DNA of 64,000 nucleotides, from contig CALVOG010000001.1 of assembly GCA_944350265.1 (NCBI GenBank), positions 85,470 through 149,469 of the forward strand, in the 5' to 3' direction. How positions within the stretch are numbered: position 1 is the stretch's first letter; each line of letters opens with the position of its first letter. Made by a program: the position numbers and the translations under genes. This document shows, one piece after another, positions 1-9,626 of this stretch. The DNA comes from an uncultured Clostridia bacterium (GTDB lineage: Bacteria; Bacillota; Clostridia; Christensenellales; UBA1242). Under the pieces are notes generated by a model. That model was given only the letters and a program-made list of their open reading frames with translations. It had not been told where the DNA came from and did no database searches.

Positions 1-1
1 T

Positions 2-229
2 TGCAAGGTTAAAATCAGTGTTTTGGATGTTAAAGAGATTGAAAATGTCACAAACATCTTGCAAAAATCGGCGGGTTACATAAAGAAAGAACTTGCAAAG
101 ATGATTGATATGCCATTTATGCCAAGCCTTAAATTTGAGGTGGATAAGGGCGCTGTCAGCACAATGCGCGTGGAGGAGATTTTGAAAAACTTGAACATTC
201 CAAAGGAGGAAGAGAATGACGGCGAATGA
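2..229 (+). CDS. rbfA: ribosome-binding factor A, C-terminal part (5' end lies outside the window)
   Basis: Frame is open to the window edge. ILQKSAGYIKKELAKMIDMPFMPSLKFEVD resembles the RbfA C-terminal core. Followed by a DHH phosphoesterase and truB, as in the conserved infB-rbfA-truB neighbourhood. Confidence 0.75.
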   Translation, partial: CKVKISVLDVKEIENVTNILQKSAGYIKKELAKMIDMPFMPSLKFEVDKGAVSTMRVEEILKNLNIPKEEENDGE

Positions 230-1163
230 TGTTTCAGCAAGGATAAAATCTGCGAAAAGGGTGGCAATCTTTGGGCATATGCACCCAGATTTAGATAGTT
301 TCGGCGCAATGCTTGGCGCAAAGTTTTTGTGTGACAGTTTGCACGTAAAGTGCGATGTGTTTGCAGAATTTATGAAAAATCTCTCTTTTTTGAGGATTTT
401 CCCTGAAATTTACTTTAAAAACGACTTCGACAAAAGAAAGTATGACCTTGCGCTAGTTGTTGACTGCAATGAAATAAGCCGTATCGACAAAAAATTTCAG
501 GCGGACGTCAGCGGAAAAAAGATATTATTTATTGACCACCACGAGCTAAATATTGCGTTGGATGGCGCGGACTATTATGTTTACTCTAAAAAATGCTCCG
601 CTTCTCTTATCATTTTCGAATTGTTAGAGAAACTTAATCTTAAACCAAGCGCCGAATATGCGACCTATATTTTTGCGGGCATTGTGGGCGACACGAACAG
701 GTTTTTGCACAGCAACACCGACGCCAGCGTTTTTTCTATCGCCTCAAAACTTTTGAAACTCGGCGCGGATTGCCAAAAGGTTTATGACGTTGTTTATCGC
801 TCAATGACGATGTCGAATGCGAGGCTTAGAGACTATCTCTTTTCCAATCTCAAAGCAAGCGAAAAGGTTTGCTATGTGGTGATTTCCCAAAAAGATTTAG
901 AGAAACTTTCCTCAAATGTTGAGGACGTGAAGATGTTTGTTTCCGACATCAATCAACTTGTTGAATTTAGCGTTGCGATGGTTGCGTATGAGATTGGCGA
1001 AAACAAGTTTAAGGTCAGTATGCGCTCAAAAAACGGCGTTGACCTTTTGAAGGTTGCCTTTAAATATGGCGGTGGCGGACACAAAGAGGCGTCGGGCTTC
1101 TATCTAGCGGGCGACAAGAAGTATGTTGCGAACAAATTGAAAGCAGTATGTGAGGAATTTTAA
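216..1163 (+). CDS. DHH/DHHA1 family phosphoesterase (NrnA-like oligoribonuclease/pAp phosphatase)
   Basis: Motifs HPDLDSFGA, VDCN, IDHHE, GDTNRF and C-terminal GGGGH. SD AAGGAGGAAGAG lies upstream. Overlaps the rbfA stop. Confidence 0.85.
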   Translation: MTANDVSARIKSAKRVAIFGHMHPDLDSFGAMLGAKFLCDSLHVKCDVFAEFMKNLSFLRIFPEIYFKNDFDKRKYDLALVVDCNEISRIDKKFQADVSGKKILFIDHHELNIALDGADYYVYSKKCSASLIIFELLEKLNLKPSAEYATYIFAGIVGDTNRFLHSNTDASVFSIASKLLKLGADCQKVYDVVYRSMTMSNARLRDYLFSNLKASEKVCYVVISQKDLEKLSSNVEDVKMFVSDINQLVEFSVAMVAYEIGENKFKVSMRSKNGVDLLKVAFKYGGGGHKEASGFYLAGDKKYVANKLKAVCEEF

Positions 1164-2011
1164 TGCTTGAAAGTGGGATAATTTTAATAAATAAACCAAA
1201 GGGAATTTCTTCAAATAAGGTTGTCAACGTTGTTAAGGCGACGCTTCACGCAAAAAAGTGTGGTCATCTTGGCACGCTTGACCTTGAAGGCGAGGGGCTT
1301 TTACCGGTCACGGTGAATAACGCCACCAAACTTTTCGACTATTTTTTGGATAAGGACAAAACCTACGAAACGAACTTTGTTTTCGGCATTGAAACCGACA
1401 CGCTCGACACGTCTGGCGTTGTGCAGAAAACGGCAGAGGTCACCTTTACGCGTGAAGATTTAGAGCGCGAAGTTCGAAATATGGTGGGTGAGTATGACCA
1501 AATGCCTCCAACCTATTCCGCCAAAAAAGTGGGCGGGAAAGTGGCGTATAAAGAGGCGCGAAAAGGGTGCGAAATTGCGCTCAGTCCTAAAAGGGTGAAG
1601 ATTTATTCTTTTAAGATTTTAGGCGAGATAGAAAAGAATGTTTTTCGCTTTGAAATCTCTTGTTCGAGTGGCACGTATATTAGGAGTATTGCGCGCGACC
1701 TTGCATACCACCTCGGCACATATGGTAGTATGCAATGCATACTACGCACAAGATGTGGTGGTTTCTATCTTAAAGACGCCGTAACATTAGAAGAACTTAA
1801 AGACGGAAAATTTAAGTTAATTTCCGCTGATTGCGTTTTTAACTATGAAAAATTAGACCTAAACGATGATGAATTTTTTAGGATTGAAAATGGACAAACG
1901 TTGCGAAAAGAGGTGTTGGATGGAAAGTATAAGCTTTATAATTCTTCCACCTTTTTAGGAATTGGAGAGTGCTATCGTAACAGTCTAAAATTAACGCTAA
2001 GGCTCTTTTAA
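1163..2011 (+). CDS. truB: tRNA pseudouridine(55) synthase
   Basis: GHLGTLDLEGEGLLPV contains the catalytic Asp motif. MPPTYSAKKVGG and SGTYIRS also match. The ATG overlaps the upstream stop (TAATG). Confidence 0.9.
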   Translation: MLESGIILINKPKGISSNKVVNVVKATLHAKKCGHLGTLDLEGEGLLPVTVNNATKLFDYFLDKDKTYETNFVFGIETDTLDTSGVVQKTAEVTFTREDLEREVRNMVGEYDQMPPTYSAKKVGGKVAYKEARKGCEIALSPKRVKIYSFKILGEIEKNVFRFEISCSSGTYIRSIARDLAYHLGTYGSMQCILRTRCGGFYLKDAVTLEELKDGKFKLISADCVFNYEKLDLNDDEFFRIENGQTLRKEVLDGKYKLYNSSTFLGIGECYRNSLKLTLRLF

Positions 2012-2305
2012 TTTTGAAGAATAGTCAACCACAAAATTAATCATAAATTAAACAATCATAGAACTTAAACTATATGAAATTAAAACTAAAGCGAAATGAA
2101 AATTAATAAAATTTATGATAATTACCAAATTGAAAGCTGATTACAAATTGAATTATGGAATTGAAAAAATGAAATTAAAAACCAATTATGAAATTAAAAA
2201 ACAAATTACAAAGTTGACTAACTATAAAATTGAATTAAAGAATTGAAGATAATTATAAAATTCAATTAAATTAAAAAAATAAAAATTTAATGGTAGGAGG
2301 CAAAT
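2012..2305. repeat. AT-rich low-complexity spacer with cryptic repeats
   Basis: ATGAAATTAAAA occurs at 2074, 2169 and 2188. A(A/T)(C/T)TATAAAATT(G/C)AATTAAA occurs twice. Confidence 0.7.
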
Positions 2306-3166
2306 ATGGGGAAAATTTTATTTGGACCTGCGGGCAACAGTCAGTCGTTTTTCGACGAAGGACATTCGTCAACAATGGAAACGCCAAAATGGATTAGCGA
2401 GCGTGGGCTGGATATTTTTGAGTATAGTTTCGGGCAGGGCTATCGAATGAACAGCGAAACGGCGAAAAAAATCGGCGAGGAATTTAAAAAATACAACATT
2501 GAAATGTCAGTCCACGCGCCGTATTTTATCAACTTCGCAAACCCAGATGACGAGATGTATCTTAAAAGCGTCGGCTATCTCGCAACGGGGATAAAATTTT
2601 TGAAACTTTTTGGCGCGAAACGAATGGTGTTTCATCCAGCGTCGTGCGGAAAACTTAAAAGAGAAGAGGCGGTGGCGCTTATGACGGCAAGGCTCAGTGA
2701 AACTATGCCGAAACTTGAAGAGGAACTTGGCGACCTTTATCTTTGCCCTGAAACAATGGGAAAAACGATGCAAATTGGCACATATAAAGAGATAATTGAC
2801 CTTTGCACAATCTCTTCGCGCCTTTTGCCGACCTTTGATTTTGGACATATTAACGCGCTCACGCAAGGCTCGCTGAAATCGCCTGACGATTACAGGCGTA
2901 TCTTTGACTACTCCTTTGAAAAGTTGGGCGACAGAACGAAAGAGGCGCACATCCATTTTTCTAAAATTCAATACGGCGAAAAGGGCGAAATTCGCCACCT
3001 CACGTTTAGCGACGAGGTGTATGGTCCAAATTTTGAAGATTTGGTGGAGGTTTTAATTGACTACGACCTCGCTTGCCACGTCATTTGCGAGTCATCTGGC
3101 ACAATGGCGGAAGACAGCAAAACGATGAAAGATATTTACCTTAAAACGCTTGCAAATAGGAAATGA
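2306..3166 (+). CDS. xylose-isomerase-fold TIM-barrel protein, endonuclease IV-like
   Basis: SVHAPYFINFANPD, MVFHPAS, CPETMGK and FDFGHINA resemble the metal-ligand motifs of the Nfo/AP endonuclease 2 fold. SD GGTAGGAGG. Confidence 0.6.
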   Translation: MGKILFGPAGNSQSFFDEGHSSTMETPKWISERGLDIFEYSFGQGYRMNSETAKKIGEEFKKYNIEMSVHAPYFINFANPDDEMYLKSVGYLATGIKFLKLFGAKRMVFHPASCGKLKREEAVALMTARLSETMPKLEEELGDLYLCPETMGKTMQIGTYKEIIDLCTISSRLLPTFDFGHINALTQGSLKSPDDYRRIFDYSFEKLGDRTKEAHIHFSKIQYGEKGEIRHLTFSDEVYGPNFEDLVEVLIDYDLACHVICESSGTMAEDSKTMKDIYLKTLANRK

Positions 3167-3287
3167 ATATGATATAATCATAGAGGATATTGGTGGGTTT
3201 TATTGCGTTTTATTGCATAATGAGATAGGCGTAAAAGCGCCAAAGTTGATTTTTGCGATTATTTTAAGATAGGAAAAGATTATTGGA

Positions 3288-3353
3288 GCGCAAAACAACT
3301 TTTAACAAATTAAGAGATGAGCGAAAAACAACTTTTAACAAATTGAGAAATCA
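3288..3353 (+). repeat. two tandem copies of a 33-bp unit upstream of efp
   Basis: GCGCAAAACAACTTTTAACAAATTAAGAGATGA followed by GCGAAAAACAACTTTTAACAAATTGAGAAATCA. Confidence 0.85.
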
Positions 3354-3391
3354 AACTCACCACGTCAAACAAAATTAAATAGGAGAAAATT

Positions 3392-3952
3392 ATGGTATCA
3401 GCAGGAGATTTTAGAAAAGGAACAACTTTTGAAATGGACGGAGCAGTTTATAACGTCGTTGACTTTTTGCACGTAAAGCCGGGCAAAGGCTCGCCATTTG
3501 TTAGAGCAAAGATTAAAAACGTGATGACAGGGCAGGTTAGGGAGGACACTTTCAACCCAAGTGATAAATTCCAAGAGGCTGTGATTGAGAAAAAAGATAT
3601 GCTTTATCTTTATAATGACGGCGATTTATACTATTTTATGGACAACGAAACTTACGAGCAAATGCCACTTAATAAGGATGTTGTTGCAGATGTTCTCAAC
3701 TTCGTCACCGAAAATATGAACACAACAATGTATATGTATAAGGGCGTGCCTTTCGCAGTTTATCCTCCAACATTTGTTGAACTTGAAGTGGTTGACACCG
3801 AGCCGGGCATTCAAGGCGACACCTCAAAGGCGTCCAAAAAGCCAGCGAAACTTGTCACAGGTTACACCATCAATGTTCCACTTTTTGTCAACATTGGCGA
3901 TGTTATTCGTGTTGACACGCGTGACGGCTCATATATGGAAAAGGTAAAATAG
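3392..3952 (+). CDS. efp: elongation factor P
   Basis: 186 aa. [37 protein letters not shown] matches the EF-P N-terminal KOW domain, including the modified-Lys loop. SD TAGGAGAAAA. Confidence 0.95.
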   Translation: MVSAGDFRKGTTFEMDGAVYNVVDFLHVKPGKGSPFVRAKIKNVMTGQVREDTFNPSDKFQEAVIEKKDMLYLYNDGDLYYFMDNETYEQMPLNKDVVADVLNFVTENMNTTMYMYKGVPFAVYPPTFVELEVVDTEPGIQGDTSKASKKPAKLVTGYTINVPLFVNIGDVIRVDTRDGSYMEKVK

Positions 3953-4112
3953 TTTTTAAAACTTATTTTATTACATTGAGCAAGGGCGCGCGAACTTGTC
4001 GCCTTTTACTCATATTTCAAAAGAGATTAATCATTTAAGATTAGTCTTTTTTAGTTTAAATTGCTTGATTTATTTTTATATTTATTTTATACTTAAAAGG
4101 TATTTATGTGTT

Positions 4113-4315
4113 AAACAGCGTAAATTTGCAAGGTTGTGCGAATATAACATAAATTCACTAGGCGATTATAAATGTGAAAAATTTGTTGCTTTTTATGCAT
4201 CCAAACAGCATATATTCGTAAGGTTATATGAGCGTGGCATAAATTTGATAGACGATTATAAATGTGCTTAAATTTTATGGTTATTTGCGCGCAAACAGCA
4301 TAAATTCAAATTTAT
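4113..4315 (+). repeat. about 2.2 tandem copies of a 90-bp unit upstream of valS
   Basis: AAACAGC(G/A)TA.ATT...GCGATTATAAATGTG. Units start at 4113, 4203 and 4293. Confidence 0.8.
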
Positions 4316-4346
4316 TATTAAGTAAAATTATGTTTAGAGGGATGAT

Positions 4347-6770
4347 ATGTTAGATAAAAAATACAACATTCAAGAAAAAGAAGCAAAGTGGCAAAAATAT
4401 TGGCAGGAGAATGGAATATATAAGTTCGACCCAAAATCTAATAAGCCGACCTTTTCCATTGACACGCCACCTCCAACGGTCAGCGGAAAACTTCATATTG
4501 GGCATATTTCGGGCTTCACGCAGGCGGATATGATTGCGCGCTATGAGCGTATGCAAGGGAAAAACCTCTTTTATCCTCTTGGATTTGATAATAACGGACT
4601 TCCAACTGAACTACTCGTTGAAAAAGAGAAAAAAATTCGCGCTCACACTCTTCCGCGCGAAGAATTCACAAAGATTGCCCTCGATTTGGTGGCAAAATAT
4701 AACGACGCTTATAAGGATGTTATGGTTAGGGCGGGTATGTCTTGCGATTTAGATTTAGGCTATAACACTATCGATAATAAAAGCCAAAAAACAAGCCAAA
4801 AATCGTTTATCGAACTTGCAAAGAAGGGGATTGCATATCGTGCAAATAAGCCTTCGCCTTGGTGTTGTAAGTGTAGGACAAGTGTAGCAGAATTAGAGCT
4901 TGACGACAAGGAACTCGACAGCATTTTTAACTATTTAAACTTCAAACTTGCTGACGGCAGTGGCACCATTCCTATCGCCACAACGCGACCAGAATTTTTA
5001 CCAGCGTGCGTTGCAATTTTTGTCAATGGCGATGATGAGAGATATAAAAATCTTGTCGGCAAAAAGGTCAAAGTGCCTCTTTTTGAGGAAAATGAGGTGA
5101 CAATTCTGGCTGATAGTAAGGTTGGAATCGACAAGGGAACGGGCATAGTTATGTGTTGCACTTTCGGTGACCAAACCGACGTTGAGTGGTGGAAGGAATA
5201 TAAACTTCCGCTCAAACAGGCGATTGACGAGGGTGGAAGAATGACCGAAATCGCGGGCAAATATGCGGGTATGAAAATTTTGGACGCGCGAAAAGCGGTG
5301 ATTGAAGATTTGAAAACGGCGGGATATATCTTTAAGCAAGACCCTATTAAGCACGCCGTGAAAGTTCACGAGAGATGCGAGGAACCTATCGAATTTCTCT
5401 CTAAGAAGCAGTGGTTTATTAAAACTTCCACGCCAGAACTTAAAAAGAAATGGGCGGAACTTGGCGAGGAACTTATTTGGCGACCTGAGAGTATGAAGGT
5501 TAGGTATATGACGTGGGTGAACAACTTAAACCAAGACTGGTCAATTTCGCGTCAGCGCTATTTCGGCGTGCCTTTCCCTGTTTGGTATTGCGAAAAATGC
5601 GGTGAGCCGATTTTTGCGGATGAAAAAGATTTGCCAATCAATCCGCTCACACATTCGCCAAAAGTTGACAAATGTCCTAAGTGCGGTCACACCACTTTCC
5701 TTCCAGAAAGTGACGTTATGGACACGTGGGCAACTTCGTCCGTCACACCTCAAATCAACCTTAATTGGGCGGATGATGAAGAGGGTTGCAACAGGCGTAT
5801 GCCGATGGATATGCGTTTTTGCGGGCGTGATATCATCACCACGTGGAGCCTTAGAACAATCATTAAGGCATATTACCACCAAAATTGCCTGCCGTGGAAA
5901 AAACTTATTGTCAACGGCTGGGTTATGGCGGATAAGGGCGTTAAGATAAGTAAGCACCTCGCAAACTCAAAAATGGAACTCAACGACCTTCTTTCAGCCT
6001 ACGGCGCGGATGTTATTAGGTATTGGTGCGCGATTGGTGCGTATGGCAGAGATGTTATGTTCAGCGACGAGGGCTTAAAAGACGGCTATAAACTTCTAAA
6101 CAAACTTTGGAACGCCTCAAAATTCGTCCTCTCTTTCCTTGAAGATTATAAACCTAAAAAACCGTCGCAAATTTTGCCGATGGATAGGTATATTATGCAT
6201 AAATTCAACGACGCCTTCAAAAAGACTTGCGCACAATATGAAAATGTGGAAATGGGATACGCTAAGGCGGAGATTGAAAAATTCTTTTGGGATTTTTGCG
6301 ATAACTACATTGAACTTGCAAAAAATCGCCTGTATAAGCCAGAAGTTTATGGCGAAAAGGCAAAGGAATCCGCTGAATGGGCGTGCTATAATGTCCTTCT
6401 TGGCGTTATCAAACTTTTTGCAATCACAATGCCACATATCACTGAGGAAATTTATCAAAACTTCTTCAAACAATTTGAGGGCGAAAAAAGCGTCCACCTT
6501 TGCGTTTTAAAGCCTATCGAAATTGAAAACGAGGAAAATATTATCGAAAATGGCGACGAGGTGGAGGCAATCGTTGCGAGAGTTCGCCAATTTAAGAGCG
6601 AGAAAAAACTTAGCCTTAAAACGGAAATTGAAGATATGACCATTCAAAGCGAAAAGTTAGCCTTCATTAAAGAGTGCGAGGACGACATCAAGGCGGTTAC
6701 CTCGGTGCGAGAGCTTAAATATAAGGATGGAGATTTTGCAGTTACAATTGGCAAAGTGATAGAAGATTAA
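4347..6770 (+). CDS. valS: valine--tRNA ligase (short, archaeal/actinobacterial-like type)
   Basis: PPPTVSGKLHIGH is the HIGH motif. GFDNNGLPTE and WSISRQRYFGVPFPVWYC match, and VKISKHLANS is KMSKS-like. 807 aa. Confidence 0.85.
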   Translation: MLDKKYNIQEKEAKWQKYWQENGIYKFDPKSNKPTFSIDTPPPTVSGKLHIGHISGFTQADMIARYERMQGKNLFYPLGFDNNGLPTELLVEKEKKIRAHTLPREEFTKIALDLVAKYNDAYKDVMVRAGMSCDLDLGYNTIDNKSQKTSQKSFIELAKKGIAYRANKPSPWCCKCRTSVAELELDDKELDSIFNYLNFKLADGSGTIPIATTRPEFLPACVAIFVNGDDERYKNLVGKKVKVPLFEENEVTILADSKVGIDKGTGIVMCCTFGDQTDVEWWKEYKLPLKQAIDEGGRMTEIAGKYAGMKILDARKAVIEDLKTAGYIFKQDPIKHAVKVHERCEEPIEFLSKKQWFIKTSTPELKKKWAELGEELIWRPESMKVRYMTWVNNLNQDWSISRQRYFGVPFPVWYCEKCGEPIFADEKDLPINPLTHSPKVDKCPKCGHTTFLPESDVMDTWATSSVTPQINLNWADDEEGCNRRMPMDMRFCGRDIITTWSLRTIIKAYYHQNCLPWKKLIVNGWVMADKGVKISKHLANSKMELNDLLSAYGADVIRYWCAIGAYGRDVMFSDEGLKDGYKLLNKLWNASKFVLSFLEDYKPKKPSQILPMDRYIMHKFNDAFKKTCAQYENVEMGYAKAEIEKFFWDFCDNYIELAKNRLYKPEVYGEKAKESAEWACYNVLLGVIKLFAITMPHITEEIYQNFFKQFEGEKSVHLCVLKPIEIENEENIIENGDEVEAIVARVRQFKSEKKLSLKTEIEDMTIQSEKLAFIKECEDDIKAVTSVRELKYKDGDFAVTIGKVIED

Positions 6771-6823
6771 TCTTCAATAATCATTTTAATAATTCTTTTT
6801 GCAAGCAAATTTTGAACATTAAA

Positions 6824-6852
6824 ACGCTTTGACTTTGGTCAGAGTGTTTTTT
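6824..6852 (+). terminator. rho-independent terminator after valS
   Basis: Stem ACGCTTTGAC / GTCAGAGTGT (10 bp including 2 G-U pairs), loop TTTG, followed by TTTTT. Confidence 0.6.
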
Positions 6853-6945
6853 AATGGTTATAATTTAGATTATATGTATATTTTTCTTAAATTCAAGCAC
6901 AATATTACTAACAAGGAAACATCCTTGGAAAACGGGAGGTAAACT

Positions 6946-7092
6946 ATGTTCGGAAAGAAAAAAGCGTCCAGAAAGAACGCAAATGCTGAGGCATCCAGTG
7001 AGAATGCTTCAAGAGCAAAGAACTGTGAAGCAGGAAAAGAAGCAAAATCTAGCAAAAACAGCAAAGGTTCCAGTGCAAAAAACTGCAAATAG
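6946..7092 (+). CDS. small lysine/serine-rich protein, 48 aa, function unknown
   Basis: ATG sits 7 nt after a strong SD GGGAGG. Product is MFGKKKASRKNANAEASSENASRAKNCEAGKEAKSSKNSKGSSAKNCK. Bracketed by the valS terminator and a bidirectional terminator. Too short for the ORF track, which lists only the antisense shadow 6870..7088. Confidence 0.55.
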   Translation: MFGKKKASRKNANAEASSENASRAKNCEAGKEAKSSKNSKGSSAKNCK

Positions 7093-7106
7093 TTGTTTCT
7101 CGTAAG

Positions 7107-7136
7107 GAAAAGCGCTTAAATCTAAGCGTTTTTTCT
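7107..7136. terminator. bidirectional rho-independent terminator between the small ORF and the convergent pseudouridine synthase gene
   Basis: Stem AGCGCTTA / TAAGCGTT, loop AATC. An A-run lies on the left and a T-run on the right. Confidence 0.6.
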
Positions 7137-8091
7137 ATTTTTCCAACACAGCGAGGAAATCTTTTGGGAAGGGAACGCTGAAAACAAAAGCTCTATTTAA
7201 CTCCATATTATGAAATTTTATGGTTTTTAGGTGGAGGTAACTGTGTGAATATAGGTCGCTTATGCCGTAAAGTTTATCGCCAATTAGTGGGTGATTAATG
7301 GATGAAGCGTGCAAGCGTATTTGGTGGGTGCGCCCTTTAAATATTTCCGCCTTCACAAGGGTGAGAGTGTGGTCTTTTTTCCTTACAACGCTTTTCACAA
7401 TGGCGATTTTGTTTAATATGGCGCGAAAATTTCGAATAACCTTGGTGGTGAACGCCAAATACTTCTTATCGACAAGCGTTCTAATTGGCGTAAAGGTGGT
7501 TTTTGCATATTGCCCAAACGGCGAAATAATCCGCTTTCGCTCATTAATTCCGTCTTTGACCACGGTGTAAACAGGTGCGTCGACCACTGTTCTACGCGTA
7601 ACTTTTCCGTGGCAAATTGCGTAATATTCCTTTTCAATATCGACCGTGTTTTGGTAGGTTATCGTGTCTTTCGCAACCACAATTAGCCCAGAGGCGTCCA
7701 TATCGAGCCTGTTCATTATGCGAAGCGTGAAGTTGCTGTCGTTGATATATGCACAAATCATCCCAGCGAGGTTTTTGTGATAGTGACTTCTCGATGGCGT
7801 GGTCGGCAAAAGGGCGGGCTTGTTGATGATAAGGTAGTATTCATCCTCATAAACAATGTCAATCGGCGCATATATTTTTTCAATGTCGGTGCCTTTAAAC
7901 GGGTTGCGGTCGACCCTTAAAACGTCGCCACGTTTAAGATTTTTATTCACATTTTCCGCCTTGCCGTTAACGACGATTGCGCCAAAATATGAGCGAAGAT
8001 TTTTGATGAAATGTTCGCTGAAATTGTGTTGTTTTAAAAAGATATAGACGCTGTCGTAGTTTTCTTCAATTTTTATCTCTAAGTATTTCAT
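7135..8091 (-). CDS. RluA-family pseudouridine synthase with N-terminal S4-like domain (RluD-like)
   Basis: NRLDMDASGL is the catalytic Asp motif and GRTHQIRLH also matches. I start at MKYLEIK because the TTG at 8127 given by the track coincides with a -35 TTGACA box. Confidence 0.8.
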   Translation of the reverse strand: MKYLEIKIEENYDSVYIFLKQHNFSEHFIKNLRSYFGAIVVNGKAENVNKNLKRGDVLRVDRNPFKGTDIEKIYAPIDIVYEDEYYLIINKPALLPTTPSRSHYHKNLAGMICAYINDSNFTLRIMNRLDMDASGLIVVAKDTITYQNTVDIEKEYYAICHGKVTRRTVVDAPVYTVVKDGINERKRIISPFGQYAKTTFTPIRTLVDKKYLAFTTKVIRNFRAILNKIAIVKSVVRKKDHTLTLVKAEIFKGRTHQIRLHASSINHPLIGDKLYGISDLYSHSYLHLKTIKFHNMELNRAFVFSVPFPKDFLAVLEK

Positions 8092-8099
8092 ACTTGCAT

Positions 8100-8127
8100 A
8101 TTTTAACATTTTTTTCGAATTTGTCAA
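8100..8127 (-). promoter_or_regulatory. sigma-A type promoter of the RluD-like gene
   Basis: On the minus strand: TTGACA, 16 nt spacer, TAAAAT. The ATG at 8091 begins 9 nt after the -10 box and no SD intervenes. Confidence 0.5.
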
Positions 8128-8146
8128 AATAAATAAAGCATTTTAC

Positions 8147-8175
8147 TTGACAAAATTTTAAAATTATCCTATACT
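8147..8175 (+). promoter_or_regulatory. sigma-A type promoter of the pheST leader
   Basis: TTGACA, 17 nt spacer, TATACT. Confidence 0.65.
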
Positions 8176-8179
8176 TTTA

Positions 8180-8458
8180 AAAGTTAGAGGCACAGTTTTG
8201 GTGCTTTTGGCTTATTTCTTAAAAACGATGATGAAAGATTAGTAGGCTTGAGAGTTTTTCCACAGAGAGTCTGCACTTTGCTGAGAAGCGGGCGAAAAAC
8301 GCAAACTGAATTCACTTTCTAGTTGCACCTTGAAAATGAAAGTAGGGGTTGTCGCGCGGGCAGGCGTAATTGCCAAAATGAGGTGCTTTTTGCACGAAGT
8401 TAGGTGGTAACACGATTTAAAGTCGTCCTAATAGTTTGGGGCGATTTTTTTTAAACCA
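8180..8458 (+). promoter_or_regulatory. T-box leader (Phe) upstream of pheS
   Basis: An AGAGA-type box, the conserved T-box sequence TTAGGTGGTAACACG at 8399-8413, and a terminator TCGTCC...GGGGCGA followed by T8. A TTC (Phe) codon in ...GAATTCACTTTC... is the candidate specifier. Confidence 0.75.
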
Positions 8459-8486
8459 CAGCAATTTTTTTGAATGAGGAGAAGGT

Positions 8487-9506
8487 ATGAAAGAAAAATT
8501 GGAAGAAATCTTAAAGGAAGGACTAACGGAAATTGAAAGGGCAAATGACCTTAAATCACTCGACGAAGTCCGCGTGAAATTTTTGGGTAAGCAGGGTGCG
8601 CTGACGAGTATTCTTCGCAATATGAAAGAGGTTCCGCAAGAGGAGCGAAAGGAGGTTGGCTCGCTTGCAAACGGCGTGCGCGAAAAGTTGGAAAGTGCGC
8701 TGTCAAAGAAGAGTGAGAAACTTGAAGAGGACGCTCTTAATCTTAAAATGCAAAGCGAGAAAGTTGATATCACAATGCCAAGCAAAGGCGTGAAAAGAGG
8801 CGCTCTTCATCCGCTTACGCGCTTTAACAATAAGTTTATGGACATCTGCGTTGAAATGGGCTTTTCGGTTATTCAGGGCCCTGAAATCGACACCGATTAC
8901 TATAATTTTGAGGCGCTAAATGTGCCGAAAAATCATCCAGCGCGCGATATGCAAGATTCGCTGTATATCACCGACAACATCCTTCTTCGCACGCAAACTT
9001 CGAATATGCAAGTTCACGCAATGGAGGCGCTGAAACCACCATTCAAAATCGTTTGCCCAGGGCGGGTTTATCGCAACGACGACGACAGTTCGCACTCACC
9101 AATTTTCAACCAATTTGAGGCGCTTGTTGTGGACGAAAATGTTGGGCTTAAAGATTTGATGAAGATGATTGAAGTCATACTCAAAAAGTTGTTCGGCGAG
9201 GACGTGAAAATGCGAGTGCGCCCAGCATACTTTCCGTTCACCGAGCCGTCGATTGAAATTGACGCCACCTGTCAGATGTGTCAGGGCAAGGGTTGCTCAC
9301 TTTGCAAAGGAACGGGTTTCAGCGAAGTTTTTGGCGCGGGCGTCGTTAATCCAAAGGTGCTTGAAATGTCGGGCATCGACAGCAAAAAGTATAGCGGTTT
9401 TGCCTTTGGACCTGGAATTGACAGAAGCGTTATGATAACAAATAAAATTCCAAACATTAAGTATTTGTTTAGAAACGATATGCGCTTTTTGAAGCAAATG
9501 CGCTAA
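8487..9506 (+). CDS. pheS: phenylalanine--tRNA ligase alpha subunit
   Basis: 339 aa. HPARDMQDSLYI, LLRTQTS and FPFTEPS are class II motifs. SD GAGGAGAAGG. Confidence 0.95.
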   Translation: MKEKLEEILKEGLTEIERANDLKSLDEVRVKFLGKQGALTSILRNMKEVPQEERKEVGSLANGVREKLESALSKKSEKLEEDALNLKMQSEKVDITMPSKGVKRGALHPLTRFNNKFMDICVEMGFSVIQGPEIDTDYYNFEALNVPKNHPARDMQDSLYITDNILLRTQTSNMQVHAMEALKPPFKIVCPGRVYRNDDDSSHSPIFNQFEALVVDENVGLKDLMKMIEVILKKLFGEDVKMRVRPAYFPFTEPSIEIDATCQMCQGKGCSLCKGTGFSEVFGAGVVNPKVLEMSGIDSKKYSGFAFGPGIDRSVMITNKIPNIKYLFRNDMRFLKQMR

Positions 9507-9626
9507 ATGTTGTTGTGTTATGCTTGCATACTACACCATATGTTGATTATTAATATTGTTGATTGTGATTGTTTTTAATAATTGAAAAGGTTAAAATTTG
9601 TATTTTAAATAGATTAAGGAGAAGTT

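Noticed and set aside
3996-4271. 91-aa ORF on the + strand upstream of valS
   Set aside because: It reads straight through the 90-bp tandem repeats, has low-complexity F/Y/I/K-rich composition, no SD and a TTG start. It is most likely not coding.
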